Below, in pieces: positions 16,307 to 27,036 of a DNA stretch of 64,000 nucleotides (position 1 is the first letter of the stretch; the number at the start of each line of letters is the position of its first letter). The notes below the pieces were generated by a model. The model was not told where the DNA came from, did no database searches, and saw nothing but the letters and a program-made list of their open reading frames with translations. Where the stretch lies: the sequence record LC819009.1; one strand, 5' to 3'. The position numbers and the translations under genes were made by a program.

Positions 16307-18487
16307 TCAATAAACGGTAGAACCCGAATCGACGACTCGACGATGTACCGTGTCGAGTAGATTCTTGTCCCCGCCTTTTTGATAGCCGATCCGTTTCTCT
16401 TCACGGGTCTTCTTGATCATGTCCGTAACAGAGAACGTTTCGCCTTCCTCTTCAACAACGCGTGATGCCAGAGCACCGATCTCGGCTTCGAGTCGCATTT
16501 GTACGAAGTGGTCTTGCGCTCCACCCAATTTCTGAACCAGAGCCTGGATGTCTTCGCGCAACTGACGTTGCTGGATTTCGAAGTGAGACATTTCACGCAG
16601 CGACTTCTTGGCCAGCGTGGAACTCATCACAGTCGTGTGGTCGATACCGTAGTAAGACAGGTTCTGACCAAACATTGCCAGGTAGCAAGCCAGTAGCCAT
16701 GCCACACAGCCGTCGTCGTGCTGTCCCTTCGGGTGATCGACTCGACCATTCTTGACTTCGAGAGCCAGAATCTGATCGATTGTTTTGATATCGTTAACGC
16801 GGTCCATGCCGTGACGAACCGCATTTTGCAGAACCTGACCGTAGAGGATCGAACGTGCGTTCTCGCCAGAACCCGACGTGTTGTAACCGAAGTAGGACTT
16901 GTACTTGGTGTACAGATCACCCAACACATACTTGTCGGCACGTTTGATTTCTTCCAGAACCTCCTTGTACTTCTCGGGATCCTGAACCAGACGGTTAAAG
17001 AGTCGTTTGAATGCATTCTGACCAGTCATGCGGAACTTCAAACACAATTGATCGATAATCGCAGGACCCATGTTCTTGCATTCGATGATCGCTACAAGCT
17101 TAGGCCACTTCATCAGGATGTCGTAGAGCCAGAGCGAATAGTCGATCACGTTAGCCATGTTCACATAGCACGTGCCAATGACTTCAAGTGTTGTCAAGTC
17201 GACATATTGCATGCCGATCTCGTCCTTACCCTGAGCTTGGGAAGGATCAATACCAAGTGCGATGTTGCCTTCTTCCATGAGTTGGTCACGGACTTTCAGG
17301 CTAACATACCACTTCGTCAAGAAGCGGGTCTTCGGATCGATTTCAGCAACGAAATCTTCACGCTGGTTTTCACGAAGCGTGTTCAGTTGTTCGGTAGACA
17401 GAGGAGATCCGCGGCCACCAGAAGTCCAGATGTTGAAGTAATCTCGATCGGCTTCTTCGCCGCTAATCATTGCCTTCTTGATGTTCTCGTAATGTTGCTT
17501 ATCCGAGATACCAAGCATGCGGTGACCAAAGGTACAGTTGATTGCAAAGCCGTTGCTCGACGATGCTTCAACCATCACTTTCAGGTCGTCCCAGTTACGC
17601 GCATCATAGATCTTGTCCGTAAACGGGAACGAGTTCGTCAGGATCTGATAAGCGTAGGAACCATCACGGTCATCTTTCTTACCGGCGGTAGTTGCCAGGA
17701 TAATGCCGTGGTGTGCGTTGTTTTCACGGGCAGAAACGAATGCCGCGTTGGTTGTCGACAGAATCGTCGTCAGTGTAGCTTTCAACCAGGAGATGTACGC
17801 AAATTCGTCAATCCGGATGTTGGCAGAAGTAAAGCCTCGGCCCACCTTGTAGGCACCCTTCTCATCCATCCGAGGAACGTGCGTCTCGTACTTGTTCTCA
17901 AGAGCAGACAAGTAGATGTATTCCTGGTTGTTCGGATCTTTCTTCGGTATCGATCTTCGCAGATACGGAGGTAAGACTTCTTCGTATTCCTTCAAGCGCT
18001 CGATGTCGTTACGACGCAGCTGGTCTTCTTTCGTCAGCAAGTGAATGGACGAGTGAACCAGACCGAAGTTGAGCAGGTAGCGGTCAAGCGAAGCGATATT
18101 AACCGACTTACCAGTCTGACGAGGCTGAATCAGGAATGTCGTGATGTGGTTGAAGTAACTCCACCACAGAGCCAGGTTCCCGCGGTTGGCTAGAACAGGA
18201 CTCGGTTGCATTGCACCCTGAACAGGAATGCGTGCAATCTCACGGAAGTAGTACCAGGGGTTATCGAAACACTCCTGAGTAATCATGCCCTTGTATTCGA
18301 AGGACAGATTCGGATCGAAGGGATCTACCCCGACCAGATATTTGTTGTGTAACGCCAGGGGCCAGAGGTTATTCTGGATGCCCATGTCGTCAAGAATGTA
18401 GCAAATGTCAACGAAGGACTTGTTTCGGGTTTCCAGATCGATGGTTGCATCCGGATACCGATTCCAGTCTTCTTGGAAAAGAATCAT
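16307..18487 (-). CDS. terL: Terminase large subunit (phiKZ gp25-like)
   Basis: Walker A PRQTGKS, Walker B IRIDE, nuclease GIDPS and HDD; 726 aa; adjacent to the sheath cluster. Confidence 0.92.
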   Translation of the reverse strand: MILFQEDWNRYPDATIDLETRNKSFVDICYILDDMGIQNNLWPLALHNKYLVGVDPFDPNLSFEYKGMITQECFDNPWYYFREIARIPVQGAMQPSPVLANRGNLALWWSYFNHITTFLIQPRQTGKSVNIASLDRYLLNFGLVHSSIHLLTKEDQLRRNDIERLKEYEEVLPPYLRRSIPKKDPNNQEYIYLSALENKYETHVPRMDEKGAYKVGRGFTSANIRIDEFAYISWLKATLTTILSTTNAAFVSARENNAHHGIILATTAGKKDDRDGSYAYQILTNSFPFTDKIYDARNWDDLKVMVEASSSNGFAINCTFGHRMLGISDKQHYENIKKAMISGEEADRDYFNIWTSGGRGSPLSTEQLNTLRENQREDFVAEIDPKTRFLTKWYVSLKVRDQLMEEGNIALGIDPSQAQGKDEIGMQYVDLTTLEVIGTCYVNMANVIDYSLWLYDILMKWPKLVAIIECKNMGPAIIDQLCLKFRMTGQNAFKRLFNRLVQDPEKYKEVLEEIKRADKYVLGDLYTKYKSYFGYNTSGSGENARSILYGQVLQNAVRHGMDRVNDIKTIDQILALEVKNGRVDHPKGQHDDGCVAWLLACYLAMFGQNLSYYGIDHTTVMSSTLAKKSLREMSHFEIQQRQLREDIQALVQKLGGAQDHFVQMRLEAEIGALASRVVEEEGETFSVTDMIKKTREEKRIGYQKGGDKNLLDTVHRRVVDSGSTVY

Positions 18488-18520
18488 AGAGGAATCCTAG
18501 CACAGGGTCATAAGGTTAGT

Positions 18521-18548
18521 GACTGACTGGGCTTTCGCCCAGTCAGTC
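18521..18548. terminator. Stem-loop (12-bp stem)
   Basis: gactgactgggc-tttc-gcccagtcagtc. Confidence 0.7.
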
Positions 18549-18558
18549 TATCGCTTAA

Positions 18559-20277
18559 TTACCAGGTAGAGACCTGTTGAATCGGCACGCCGGCTTGACC
18601 GAGGATGATGTCATCCGTCGGGCCTTGCTTGACGAACGTGAGGAACCACGTCTGGTCTTGCAGCACCGGGAAGTTGACCGTGAACTTCGCATTCCAGTAA
18701 TCCGCGATCGCCAGACGAATCGAATTCGTCGTGCCGCCATCACTGAAGATGACGTGATCGGGTACCGGTGCATCTTCTTCCAACTGCGGGTTGGTCAGAG
18801 GACGCGTATTGGTGTAGAACGCAGTGAGCCAGTTCTCCAGCGAGCCGTAGCCCGACTGCATGTTGACTTCGCACAGGTTCTGGTTGATGAACTTGGACTT
18901 GACCACGTTCGTATCTCCGTATTCCGGGGTCTGGTTCGGATCGAAGGCGATCTTCCACAGCGTGCTCGCACCATCGAAGTTTGCACCGCCCTTGAGCAGC
19001 GTAATTCCGACGGTTTGCACAAAGCGGTAAGCGCGCCAGCTGCCATTGACCTTCGAGAGGTCGATAGCCATCGTGAGCTGTTGCTTGACGCCGTAGAGCG
19101 TCGGCGAGAATGCGGGGCTATTCGCACCCAACTCGACGATACCCGTGACGTCGTAGCAGATATTCCGATCGAGGTTGAGCATGAACCAACGCAGGCGGTA
19201 GCCATTGATCGGATCTTGCCAGACCGGGAACGGATAGAGCTTGACGGTGAGTTGGTTCTCGACGTCCACGACCACCACATCCACATCTTGCATGATGAAG
19301 CGGTTCGTACCCACAGCACCACCAACGTAGCTGACTTCACCACCGAGCAGGTTGTACTTGAGCTTGAACGTTGCGTGCTCACCCGCCTGAGTCGGCGCGA
19401 ACTCGCGCATGCCCAGCAGTTCGAAACGCGTACCGTCGACGTTGTACTGCTTGGATGCGCCACTGTTGTAGTTGACGAGACCCAGCAGGTTCATCGAGTT
19501 CAGCGTCAGGTTCAGCGGCACTTCCAGGCGGTTCGGAACCAGCTTGGAAACCAGCGGACCTTGCAAAGCGATGCCCGTCACAGCAGCAATCGACTGATCG
19601 GTCGAAGCCGTGAACGACGTCACCGTTGCACGCAGTTCCTTGGACGAGAGCACAGCACCCGTATCGTCGAAGAGCACCACGTACAGGAATTCGCCGTTAG
19701 CGACGTCCGTGTTCGTGTATGCGGTCGGGATGTAGTACTGAGCCTTGTTGATGCCGTTGGGCATGACGCCCAGTTGCAGAGGAATCTGCGTGCCGATCGG
19801 TTGACCCGATTGGTCCAGCACCAGACTGACGATTTCTTCGACGCCGTTGATGGGGTTGCCACGATACACGCGAGCCGTGGAGGCATTGCGAGCATTCACG
19901 TAACAACGCGCATCGACTTGCAAGCGGAAAGGTTTGGTCGTCTTGTCGATGAAGCAGCGGAACGCGTCCTTGGTTTGACCCAGGAGCACGTCTTCCGAGT
20001 CCATGTCGGCAATCGGCTTCGGTGTGACTCGTACGAGCGTGGGAATCCACAGATCCGACAGAGCCGTCACCTTGTAGGTGATGCCATAGTCGTAATCTTC
20101 GACGTAGTCATTGATTTTCGGGATGTAGCGACCAGCGCCATCTCCGCCCAGGTAGACTTCGGCTTTCGCCCAGGTCTTCCAAAGCGGAGCAACGTCCCAG
20201 TTCTTGATCGGCAGCTGACCGTCAGTCCCCCAGGGAATGGGGGTCTGCGGGACCGCGACCGTTGTCGTATCGGCCAT
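18559..20277 (-). CDS. Virion structural protein (phiKZ gp26-like, baseplate/tail region)
   Basis: 572-aa beta-rich ORF between terminase and sheath; phiKZ synteny. Confidence 0.7.
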   Translation of the reverse strand: MADTTTVAVPQTPIPWGTDGQLPIKNWDVAPLWKTWAKAEVYLGGDGAGRYIPKINDYVEDYDYGITYKVTALSDLWIPTLVRVTPKPIADMDSEDVLLGQTKDAFRCFIDKTTKPFRLQVDARCYVNARNASTARVYRGNPINGVEEIVSLVLDQSGQPIGTQIPLQLGVMPNGINKAQYYIPTAYTNTDVANGEFLYVVLFDDTGAVLSSKELRATVTSFTASTDQSIAAVTGIALQGPLVSKLVPNRLEVPLNLTLNSMNLLGLVNYNSGASKQYNVDGTRFELLGMREFAPTQAGEHATFKLKYNLLGGEVSYVGGAVGTNRFIMQDVDVVVVDVENQLTVKLYPFPVWQDPINGYRLRWFMLNLDRNICYDVTGIVELGANSPAFSPTLYGVKQQLTMAIDLSKVNGSWRAYRFVQTVGITLLKGGANFDGASTLWKIAFDPNQTPEYGDTNVVKSKFINQNLCEVNMQSGYGSLENWLTAFYTNTRPLTNPQLEEDAPVPDHVIFSDGGTTNSIRLAIADYWNAKFTVNFPVLQDQTWFLTFVKQGPTDDIILGQAGVPIQQVSTW

Positions 20278-20289
20278 GGAACTTTACCT

Positions 20290-22890
20290 TTAGGTGATAG
20301 CTTTCAAACGGAGGAAGTGGTTGAGCACAACCTTGCCCTTCATGTAAACCTGAATCACGTAGGACAGGAAGTTGTAGTAGTAGATGTCGATGTCGATCAC
20401 GTTCTCCAGGAAATGCGGAGTGATGAGAACGTAATTCGGATCAACAGCCGTTGCAGTCTGTGTCGGGTCAAATGCCAACAGCCATTCGTAAGGCGCGCAG
20501 AGCTGCTTCACGAAGTCCATGTTGTATTGAACCTTCAACTGATTGATATCAATCGTCCCCGCCAGGCAGTCATACATGATTTTGCACAGGAACGGAGAGA
20601 AGACCGGATACAGATCCGGAATGACATCGGGACCACTCGGAGTAGGCTCCGGCAGTTTTGCAGAGAGGTAATCGCTTACCGCTTTGTCGATTACACGCGC
20701 ATCGTCACGCCAGCTGTACGTGTCGCCATTCGTGAGAGAGCGCATCGGAACGATCATGTCACGCACCGAATACGGTTCACCGTTGTTGCCATCGGGAACA
20801 GCCACGAGCGCATCGTTTTCCGAGAAGAGCAGATCATCGCGATGACGCAGTCGACCATCCACGAGAATACGCATGACGCGGTCGTCTCGCAGATTGAAGA
20901 TCGAGTTGCGCGACAGCAGGTCATACTTCAGGAAGCCATTGTCTTCAGGAAGCTGACGTGTCAGATCGCTCTTGCAGAAGCCCGAGAAGCGAATAGCGAT
21001 TTGCTGAGGCTGGTTAGCCGGATCCACGAGATACTTCTTGTTGCAGATCACAACCTTCGGCCATTGAACGAAGTAGTCCAGCTTTTCAGTCAGACCACGA
21101 GCATTCAGCATGATGTCCAGTTCGCCCATCGGCACATCCATTGCCTGGCTGCCGCTTACGCCGTTCTTCGTCACGATCTTGATCAGATCGAATTCGATAA
21201 CGCCATCGGGGAACATCTGGGTGATCATGTACCCGAGCGAGTTCTTATCCGAACGAACCAGTGTCGAGTAGTTATTCATGTTGATGAGCCAGGTCAGCTG
21301 GTTGTTGATAACCGAGTACTGACCGGATCCAGTTACGTCCTTCCAGTTGTTCTGAAGAACACCGCCGATCTTGTCGCAGACGTACATGCGATAGTTCAGC
21401 GTCGGATCCAACGTTTGATTCTTGGTGTCGTAGACTTCGTCGATCGACTGAGCCGTATGACCGTAGATGGCTTCCACGAGCGCGCAGGACTGGTTCTGTA
21501 CCACGTATTGGTCGCCCACGTCATGCAGGTACCAACCGAGCAACAGACCGTCGCTATCGTACTCATAGCACGTTGCGTTCTCGTACATGCCTTGTGGCAG
21601 ATTCACCATCTTCACGCCGTTAACCGTCACGACCTTCAGAGGCGTATCGCCCAGCACCTTCGACACAGCGTTGTAACCCAGTGCCGATTGAACCATGTCA
21701 CGTGTGATCAGCTGATCGTTCGGTTGACCATTTTGCGTACTGTTGGTCAGACGCATGATCTTCGTGTAGTCGGAAGCTTCGAGAACAGCTGCTTGCCAGT
21801 TCGACACAGTGGCGTTATCGCCAATCATTGCAGGCAGGAAGTCACTCTCGTGCAACTTGTACAGTTCGTGGATCCGGTTCTTCTCATAAACGAGAGGGCG
21901 GTTATAACCACTCTCACGAATCAGAGCAAGAACACGGCATTGCTGGGGATCGGTCCAACCCGGCTTCCCATCCACGAATGCATTGATGAGCTGAACGCTC
22001 ATCGAGTAGTCTTTGTGCGTCACCATTCGCATGGCCGCTGCGGTGTTCTTGTGGTGATACACCCCGTTCGGTTTGGCAGGAGCAGCCGGCCGCTGGATCA
22101 GGAAGAGATCCACGTCATCCTGATATTCGATCCTGGTCATCACATCGGAATAGTGGAGCAGATACTTACGCTCGCTATCCAGAGTGGAATCGAATGTAGG
22201 CAGACTCGATACGGGATACTCGACGACCTTGGTCACCGATGCATCGTAGAACCATTCCACCAGGTCACCTACTTTGCAGGTAATCGGGCTAATTTCTTCC
22301 GCCCAGTAGCCGTTGATGATCGCGTAAGCGTAACCAGCTTTCGCACGGTACTGATTGAACCTCGTCTGCATGGCCAGGATGTCAGTCATCATCAAAGGCG
22401 ACTTACCATCAGCCACGATCGATTCAGTGTAGCCTTGGCTACGAGCTGATTGCCAGAACGCATTCGTGTAAACGCGGAAAAAAATATCTTCCGTGTTGTA
22501 GTCCACGTTCAACAGCTTGTCTTCTTTCTTGGTTGCGATGATGAGGTTCTTCGATTTCGTCACCATGTAGTAGGTTTCGAACTTCGGAAGCAGCACACCC
22601 TTTTCGGTGTAAGCCTCAGCAACCATCCCCATCTTGTTGCACACGTCCAGGAAGCTAACCCACTGGTTCTGCACCGGGAACAACCCGAAGTAGTCCGGAT
22701 GAATCTGCCCAACCTGATAGACGTGGTAGTAATGCGTGTTGTCGGGAAGGTAGATCTGGAGCCAGTCCAGTTCCAACTTCACGTACTCACCGCCAAATTG
22801 GCTGATCCGCTTGGGACGGGCACGGAACTGCTTGTCCTGCCTCGGTGAGCACCAAAAATTCTTCAGTGCATAATCGACAAGGTAATCCAT
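20290..22890 (-). CDS. Virion structural protein (phiKZ gp27-like)
   Basis: 866 aa; N-terminus DYALKNFWCSPRQDKQ resembles the phiKZ-family consensus as I recall it; synteny. Confidence 0.75.
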   Translation of the reverse strand: MDYLVDYALKNFWCSPRQDKQFRARPKRISQFGGEYVKLELDWLQIYLPDNTHYYHVYQVGQIHPDYFGLFPVQNQWVSFLDVCNKMGMVAEAYTEKGVLLPKFETYYMVTKSKNLIIATKKEDKLLNVDYNTEDIFFRVYTNAFWQSARSQGYTESIVADGKSPLMMTDILAMQTRFNQYRAKAGYAYAIINGYWAEEISPITCKVGDLVEWFYDASVTKVVEYPVSSLPTFDSTLDSERKYLLHYSDVMTRIEYQDDVDLFLIQRPAAPAKPNGVYHHKNTAAAMRMVTHKDYSMSVQLINAFVDGKPGWTDPQQCRVLALIRESGYNRPLVYEKNRIHELYKLHESDFLPAMIGDNATVSNWQAAVLEASDYTKIMRLTNSTQNGQPNDQLITRDMVQSALGYNAVSKVLGDTPLKVVTVNGVKMVNLPQGMYENATCYEYDSDGLLLGWYLHDVGDQYVVQNQSCALVEAIYGHTAQSIDEVYDTKNQTLDPTLNYRMYVCDKIGGVLQNNWKDVTGSGQYSVINNQLTWLINMNNYSTLVRSDKNSLGYMITQMFPDGVIEFDLIKIVTKNGVSGSQAMDVPMGELDIMLNARGLTEKLDYFVQWPKVVICNKKYLVDPANQPQQIAIRFSGFCKSDLTRQLPEDNGFLKYDLLSRNSIFNLRDDRVMRILVDGRLRHRDDLLFSENDALVAVPDGNNGEPYSVRDMIVPMRSLTNGDTYSWRDDARVIDKAVSDYLSAKLPEPTPSGPDVIPDLYPVFSPFLCKIMYDCLAGTIDINQLKVQYNMDFVKQLCAPYEWLLAFDPTQTATAVDPNYVLITPHFLENVIDIDIYYYNFLSYVIQVYMKGKVVLNHFLRLKAIT

Positions 22891-22959
22891 TTTTCGACGC
22901 CATAAAAAGAGGTTTCCCTACCCACCGGGATTGCCGGCAGGTAGGGTATCGAGCTTGTC

Positions 22960-23859
22960 TTACGACTTCAGCGTTGCGGTGATTTGCAGCAGGAAGTCGT
23001 CAGCCGAGTTCTTCGCCGGTACCCGTTCGATCATCCTGGAAAGCTGCGAACGGTGATACGCACGCTCCGACATCGCAGCCGTGATCATGGCCAGGAATGT
23101 CGGTACGTGTTCGACGGAACACGCTACGATCTCGTGTCCATTGGCGCTGAACCAAGTCGAGTTGAGAATCGGATACAACACGATGGAGCTGAAGTTCTTC
23201 AGACGGATGTTGCCAACCACGTCTTCAGCACGCTCGCAAAAGTCCGTGATGTCCTTCACGTAGTCCTGACCATCCAGGACCTGCATGATCGCATCGGCGC
23301 CGATTCGCGTCGCTTTTGCAATACCCTGACAGATCTTAAGATAGTCACGTTCGTCCGGCTTTTCGCTGTTATCGAACAGCGAATAGTAGAACCACGCCGA
23401 GAAGATCGTCAGCTTGTACTGATCCTCTGGCTCCAGGCCGAAACGTCGACTGATGTTTTCGCTCAGCCAGGAGGAATAAACACTTGCCGGAAGAGGGCTC
23501 ATCGCGCGGAAAAGCGTCGGGGGTTCCGAGCGCCACACCGCTTCCAGACCGGCGCGCGCCAAAAGCAGATTGTAGTCCGCCTGCGAATTGATCTTCAATT
23601 CACCACTCTGACGGTTCTTCGTAACGAAGTGCCGAGCGTCGACATACAGACCATCGTATGGATGCTTTTCGACGTACAGAGGGTGTGAAAATGCAGGGAT
23701 GTCGACCGGCCATTCCGAACTGTCTTCGATGACAGTATAGCCAGCGTCATTTTTTGCAAGATAATTTGATACCGTTGCTTTTACGAGTGCCGCTTGAGTC
23801 GGCTCGGTGTGGTATCGGCGGCCGAAAGTGGTGTCGTACGCTGAAAGAAAAACAGGCAT
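22960..23859 (-). CDS. Virion structural protein (phiKZ gp28-like)
   Basis: 299 aa, divergent from the sheath gene; synteny. Confidence 0.7.
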   Translation of the reverse strand: MPVFLSAYDTTFGRRYHTEPTQAALVKATVSNYLAKNDAGYTVIEDSSEWPVDIPAFSHPLYVEKHPYDGLYVDARHFVTKNRQSGELKINSQADYNLLLARAGLEAVWRSEPPTLFRAMSPLPASVYSSWLSENISRRFGLEPEDQYKLTIFSAWFYYSLFDNSEKPDERDYLKICQGIAKATRIGADAIMQVLDGQDYVKDITDFCERAEDVVGNIRLKNFSSIVLYPILNSTWFSANGHEIVACSVEHVPTFLAMITAAMSERAYHRSQLSRMIERVPAKNSADDFLLQITATLKS

Positions 23860-23969
23860 TTTTTGCCACCTCTAAACATGTATTTTTTTATTGCCGTAGC
23901 CCGACAATAAAGGAATTGGTTTCGAAATAAACGTCATATCATGAACTCATTTTCTAAGGAAGGCTGACG

Positions 23970-26081
23970 ATGGCAACTGCCAACTTCAACTCGATGCCTC
24001 AGAACGTTACTTACGGGGCACGAGACAAATCCGTTCCGGATCCGATCCTGACCGCGAAGCAGTATGCCACGCATCTGCCGTTGTGGTTCATCTTCGCCCA
24101 AAAGGGTCCGCTGACGCGAGTCGTTGCGGATGGTCCGACCCGTGAACAACTGTTCGGAGCTTCTTCGTTCGATCCGAGCTCGCCGTACTTCACCCACGCT
24201 ACTCAATTCGCGAACCAGGCGAACAGCAAGGGCAACCAGAGCATTTATCAGCGTGTCGTCCCGGCAGATGCCAAGACGGCGATGATGCGTCTCTGGCTGG
24301 ACCTCTTGCCGATGCAGGTTCCCGAATACAAGCGTGGTACGGACGGCAAGTACCTGCTCGACCAATCGGGCAACCCGCAAACGACGGGCACGAAAGTCGC
24401 TGGTTACCAGCTGAAGATCGTGAAGACGCCTATCGACGGCACGCTGCCCAATGGCGGTGCATTCGGTCAAGCGTCGCAAATGGTCGGCGACCAGGTCGAC
24501 GCTACGAGCAACACTCAGTCGCAGCGTTATCCGTTCATGGACATTCCGGTTTCGTTCGCCGGCCTGTACGGCGACGACCTGGGCTTCCGTGCATGGGCGC
24601 CTGTTGCTGGTTCGCGCGTCACTCCCGACGCAGAACTGCTCGAAACGAACAAGTGCTATCCGTACGTGTTTGCCTGCCTGGATCGTTCGACGGATTCCAT
24701 CCAGAACGTCCAGACGACTGCTGGCACGCAAGAAGTCACCTGCGTGTTCCGCCGTGGTCAGGTGAAGGCTTCGGTTGGCAACCAGGACGTCTCGTTCGAA
24801 ACGCGTTTCTACGACGCGTTCAACGATCGCGAACGCACCGGTCTCGCACCGCTGTATGGTCCGTTCGACAACGTGCATCTGTACTACGACAACCTCGTCA
24901 CGGTACTCAAGCTGCTTTACACCGCAGAACAGCCGTTCATCGACTCGTTCAGCGACTTCGATGGCTCGGGCTTCACGGCTACCGACGAAGGCGAAATCTT
25001 CCGTTTCAACTTCCTCGGCGGCAAGACCTCGGGCGGCGTGCCGTACCATTCGTTCATCATCAACCGCAACGACGCGAACGCTGAAGCAATGAGCGACATC
25101 TCGACGGTGTGGGCTGAAGGTGGTGCGGACGGCGACATCTCGCTGGACAACTTCAACCGTCTGGTTCAGACGGAAATGGAGAAGTACGGCGACATCAACC
25201 AGGAAGTCACGGACGACCGTCTGGGCAACCCGCAAAGCATTTTCTGGGATTCGGGCTTCGACTCCGATTGCAAGATGGCCATGGCCAACTTCATCGGCGT
25301 TCGCAAGGACACCCAGCTCGTCTGGTGCTTGCAGGACGCTCAAGCAGCACAGCCGCTGACCGCCGACGAAGAATCGTCGATGGCAATCGCGCTGTTCACG
25401 CGCGCTCAGCAGATGCCGGAATCTTCGGAATACGGTACGTCTGCAATCCGTGCGATGATCGTCGCTTCGGACGGCATCCTGATCGGTTCCACGAACCGCA
25501 AGCGTCTGCCGCTGTCGCTGGAACTGCTGTCGAAGTCCGCTGAATACATGGGTGCTGGTAACGGCCTGTGGAAGTCGGCGTTCAGCTTCTCGCACGGTGC
25601 TCGTGCAGAAGTGACGTTGTTCCGCGATGTCAACGTCGTGTGGCGTCCGATCGCTGCTCGTCAGCGTGACTGGGCAAACGGCATGGTCTACGTCCAGAAG
25701 AAGGACATGGATACGCTGTTCTTCCCGGGCCTGCGCACGGTGTACGCTGTGGATCAATCGATCTTCACGTCGTTCATCACCTCCTGCGTTCTCGTCGACT
25801 TGCAAAAGACGGCAGATCGCGTGTGGGCGAACTTCTCGGGTGCGGACGAGTACACGAACGAGCAGTTCAAGAAGTACGTGGAGCAGGAATTCTCCAAGGC
25901 GATCGAAGGCAAGTACGACAACCGCGTCACCGTGGTTCCGACTGTCTCGTTCACCGCCGTGGACGAATACAACGGCTTCTCGTGGACTCTCAACGTCGAC
26001 ATGGGTGCCGACAACATGAAGACCGTCCAGTACACTGTGCTGACGGGCTACCGTAAAGAATCGATGCCCAGCGCCAACTAA
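23970..26081 (+). CDS. Contractile tail sheath protein (phiKZ gp29-like)
   Basis: 703 aa; HLPLWFIFAQKGP N-terminus, FWDSGF sheath-like motif, C-terminal DRVWANFSG...YDNR; strongly biased codons. Confidence 0.88.
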   Translation: MATANFNSMPQNVTYGARDKSVPDPILTAKQYATHLPLWFIFAQKGPLTRVVADGPTREQLFGASSFDPSSPYFTHATQFANQANSKGNQSIYQRVVPADAKTAMMRLWLDLLPMQVPEYKRGTDGKYLLDQSGNPQTTGTKVAGYQLKIVKTPIDGTLPNGGAFGQASQMVGDQVDATSNTQSQRYPFMDIPVSFAGLYGDDLGFRAWAPVAGSRVTPDAELLETNKCYPYVFACLDRSTDSIQNVQTTAGTQEVTCVFRRGQVKASVGNQDVSFETRFYDAFNDRERTGLAPLYGPFDNVHLYYDNLVTVLKLLYTAEQPFIDSFSDFDGSGFTATDEGEIFRFNFLGGKTSGGVPYHSFIINRNDANAEAMSDISTVWAEGGADGDISLDNFNRLVQTEMEKYGDINQEVTDDRLGNPQSIFWDSGFDSDCKMAMANFIGVRKDTQLVWCLQDAQAAQPLTADEESSMAIALFTRAQQMPESSEYGTSAIRAMIVASDGILIGSTNRKRLPLSLELLSKSAEYMGAGNGLWKSAFSFSHGARAEVTLFRDVNVVWRPIAARQRDWANGMVYVQKKDMDTLFFPGLRTVYAVDQSIFTSFITSCVLVDLQKTADRVWANFSGADEYTNEQFKKYVEQEFSKAIEGKYDNRVTVVPTVSFTAVDEYNGFSWTLNVDMGADNMKTVQYTVLTGYRKESMPSAN

Positions 26082-26097
26082 AGCGAGGAACTAAAAC

Positions 26098-26964
26098 ATG
26101 AGCCGCATGTCCGATTCGATGGTCCTGCCGGGGGTAGGTATCTCCAGCAACGTGGGCCGTCGCATGAGCAACCCGAACTACGGTGGCGTGATGGGCTGGT
26201 CGCCCAATCCGACACAGTGGGTCAACAAAACCGGTTACGTTCGTCGTAACCTCATCCCGATCGTCCTGCGTGCGCCGGCTGGCTTTGCCTACCTGCCCAA
26301 TCCGGACGACTGGTACGCAGCCACGCGTTCGATCTTCGAAACGCATCCGATCAGCATCGAAGGTCTGAACTCGACGCTGACGGTGGCTGCATCCGACACC
26401 CCGTACGGTGGTGCTGGTGAACAGTTCCAGGATCCGACCAACGTGACTCGCGAGCGTACTTCGCCCTCGTTCACGCTGCCGGATCTCTACGGTGCGCCGA
26501 TCAACGCGTACCTGGAATCGTGGATCCAGTACCTCATCATGGATCCGGAAACGAAGACGGCCCTCGTGAATACGCTGGGTGGTCAAGTTCCTCCGGACAT
26601 GATGGCGGACATTTACACGATGGACATGCTCTTCATCGAGCCGGATCCGCAACAGTCCACGGTTATCCGTGCCTGGATCGTGTACAACATGTTCCCGCTC
26701 TCGGGTGGCGAAACCACTGGCCGTCGTGACATCACGACCGACATGGAACAGATCCGCTACACCATCCAGATGGCCGGCTTCGCGCAGGTCGGTACGGGTG
26801 TGAAGGCGTTCGCGCAATCCGTCCTCGACGGCATGCGTATCGCTGGTGCGAATCCGTTCCACCGTCGTACGTACCTGGAAGGTATCGATGCGGACATCCT
26901 CCGTGCTCGTACCGGCTTCGGCAACCAGATCCAGGAACTGTCCGACAACCAAGTCGTGGTCTAA
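26098..26964 (+). CDS. Tail tube protein (phiKZ gp30-like)
   Basis: 288 aa directly after the sheath; WIVYNMFPLSGG tube-type motif. Confidence 0.82.
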   Translation: MSRMSDSMVLPGVGISSNVGRRMSNPNYGGVMGWSPNPTQWVNKTGYVRRNLIPIVLRAPAGFAYLPNPDDWYAATRSIFETHPISIEGLNSTLTVAASDTPYGGAGEQFQDPTNVTRERTSPSFTLPDLYGAPINAYLESWIQYLIMDPETKTALVNTLGGQVPPDMMADIYTMDMLFIEPDPQQSTVIRAWIVYNMFPLSGGETTGRRDITTDMEQIRYTIQMAGFAQVGTGVKAFAQSVLDGMRIAGANPFHRRTYLEGIDADILRARTGFGNQIQELSDNQVVV

Positions 26965-26985
26965 ACGACATCCAGAAGCAAAAAA

Positions 26986-27024
26986 AAAATACCACCGGTC
27001 CCTTGCGGGGCTGGTGGTATTTTT
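26986..27024. terminator. Bidirectional intrinsic terminator with A/T tracts
   Basis: A-run + ataccaccgg...ctggtggtat + T-run between convergent genes. Confidence 0.8.
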
Positions 27025-27036
27025 GCCGTCAACTAC

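Noticed and set aside
15876-16310. 144-aa minus-strand ORF downstream of terminase
   Set aside because: It starts inside the terminator hairpin, overlaps the better plus-strand 57-aa ORF, and shows no phage codon bias. Not fully excluded.
20278-20292. Possible stop-codon read-through joining the gp27-like and gp26-like genes (same frame, 12-nt gap)
   Set aside because: The gap contains a second in-frame TAA (TAA AGG TAA AGT TCC ATG).
18577-22449. 1290-aa plus-strand ORF spanning two structural genes
   Set aside because: Antisense shadow: the sense genes avoid TTA/CTA/TCA codons and happen to share a frame; the translation is low-information (V/D/H/R-rich).
23934-26952. Long minus-strand ORFs (623 aa and 320 aa) opposite sheath and tube
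   Set aside because: Shadow ORFs from the strong codon bias of highly expressed genes; the same applies to 32190..33494, 34199..36994, 43547..45910, 54244..55620 and 16718..17974.
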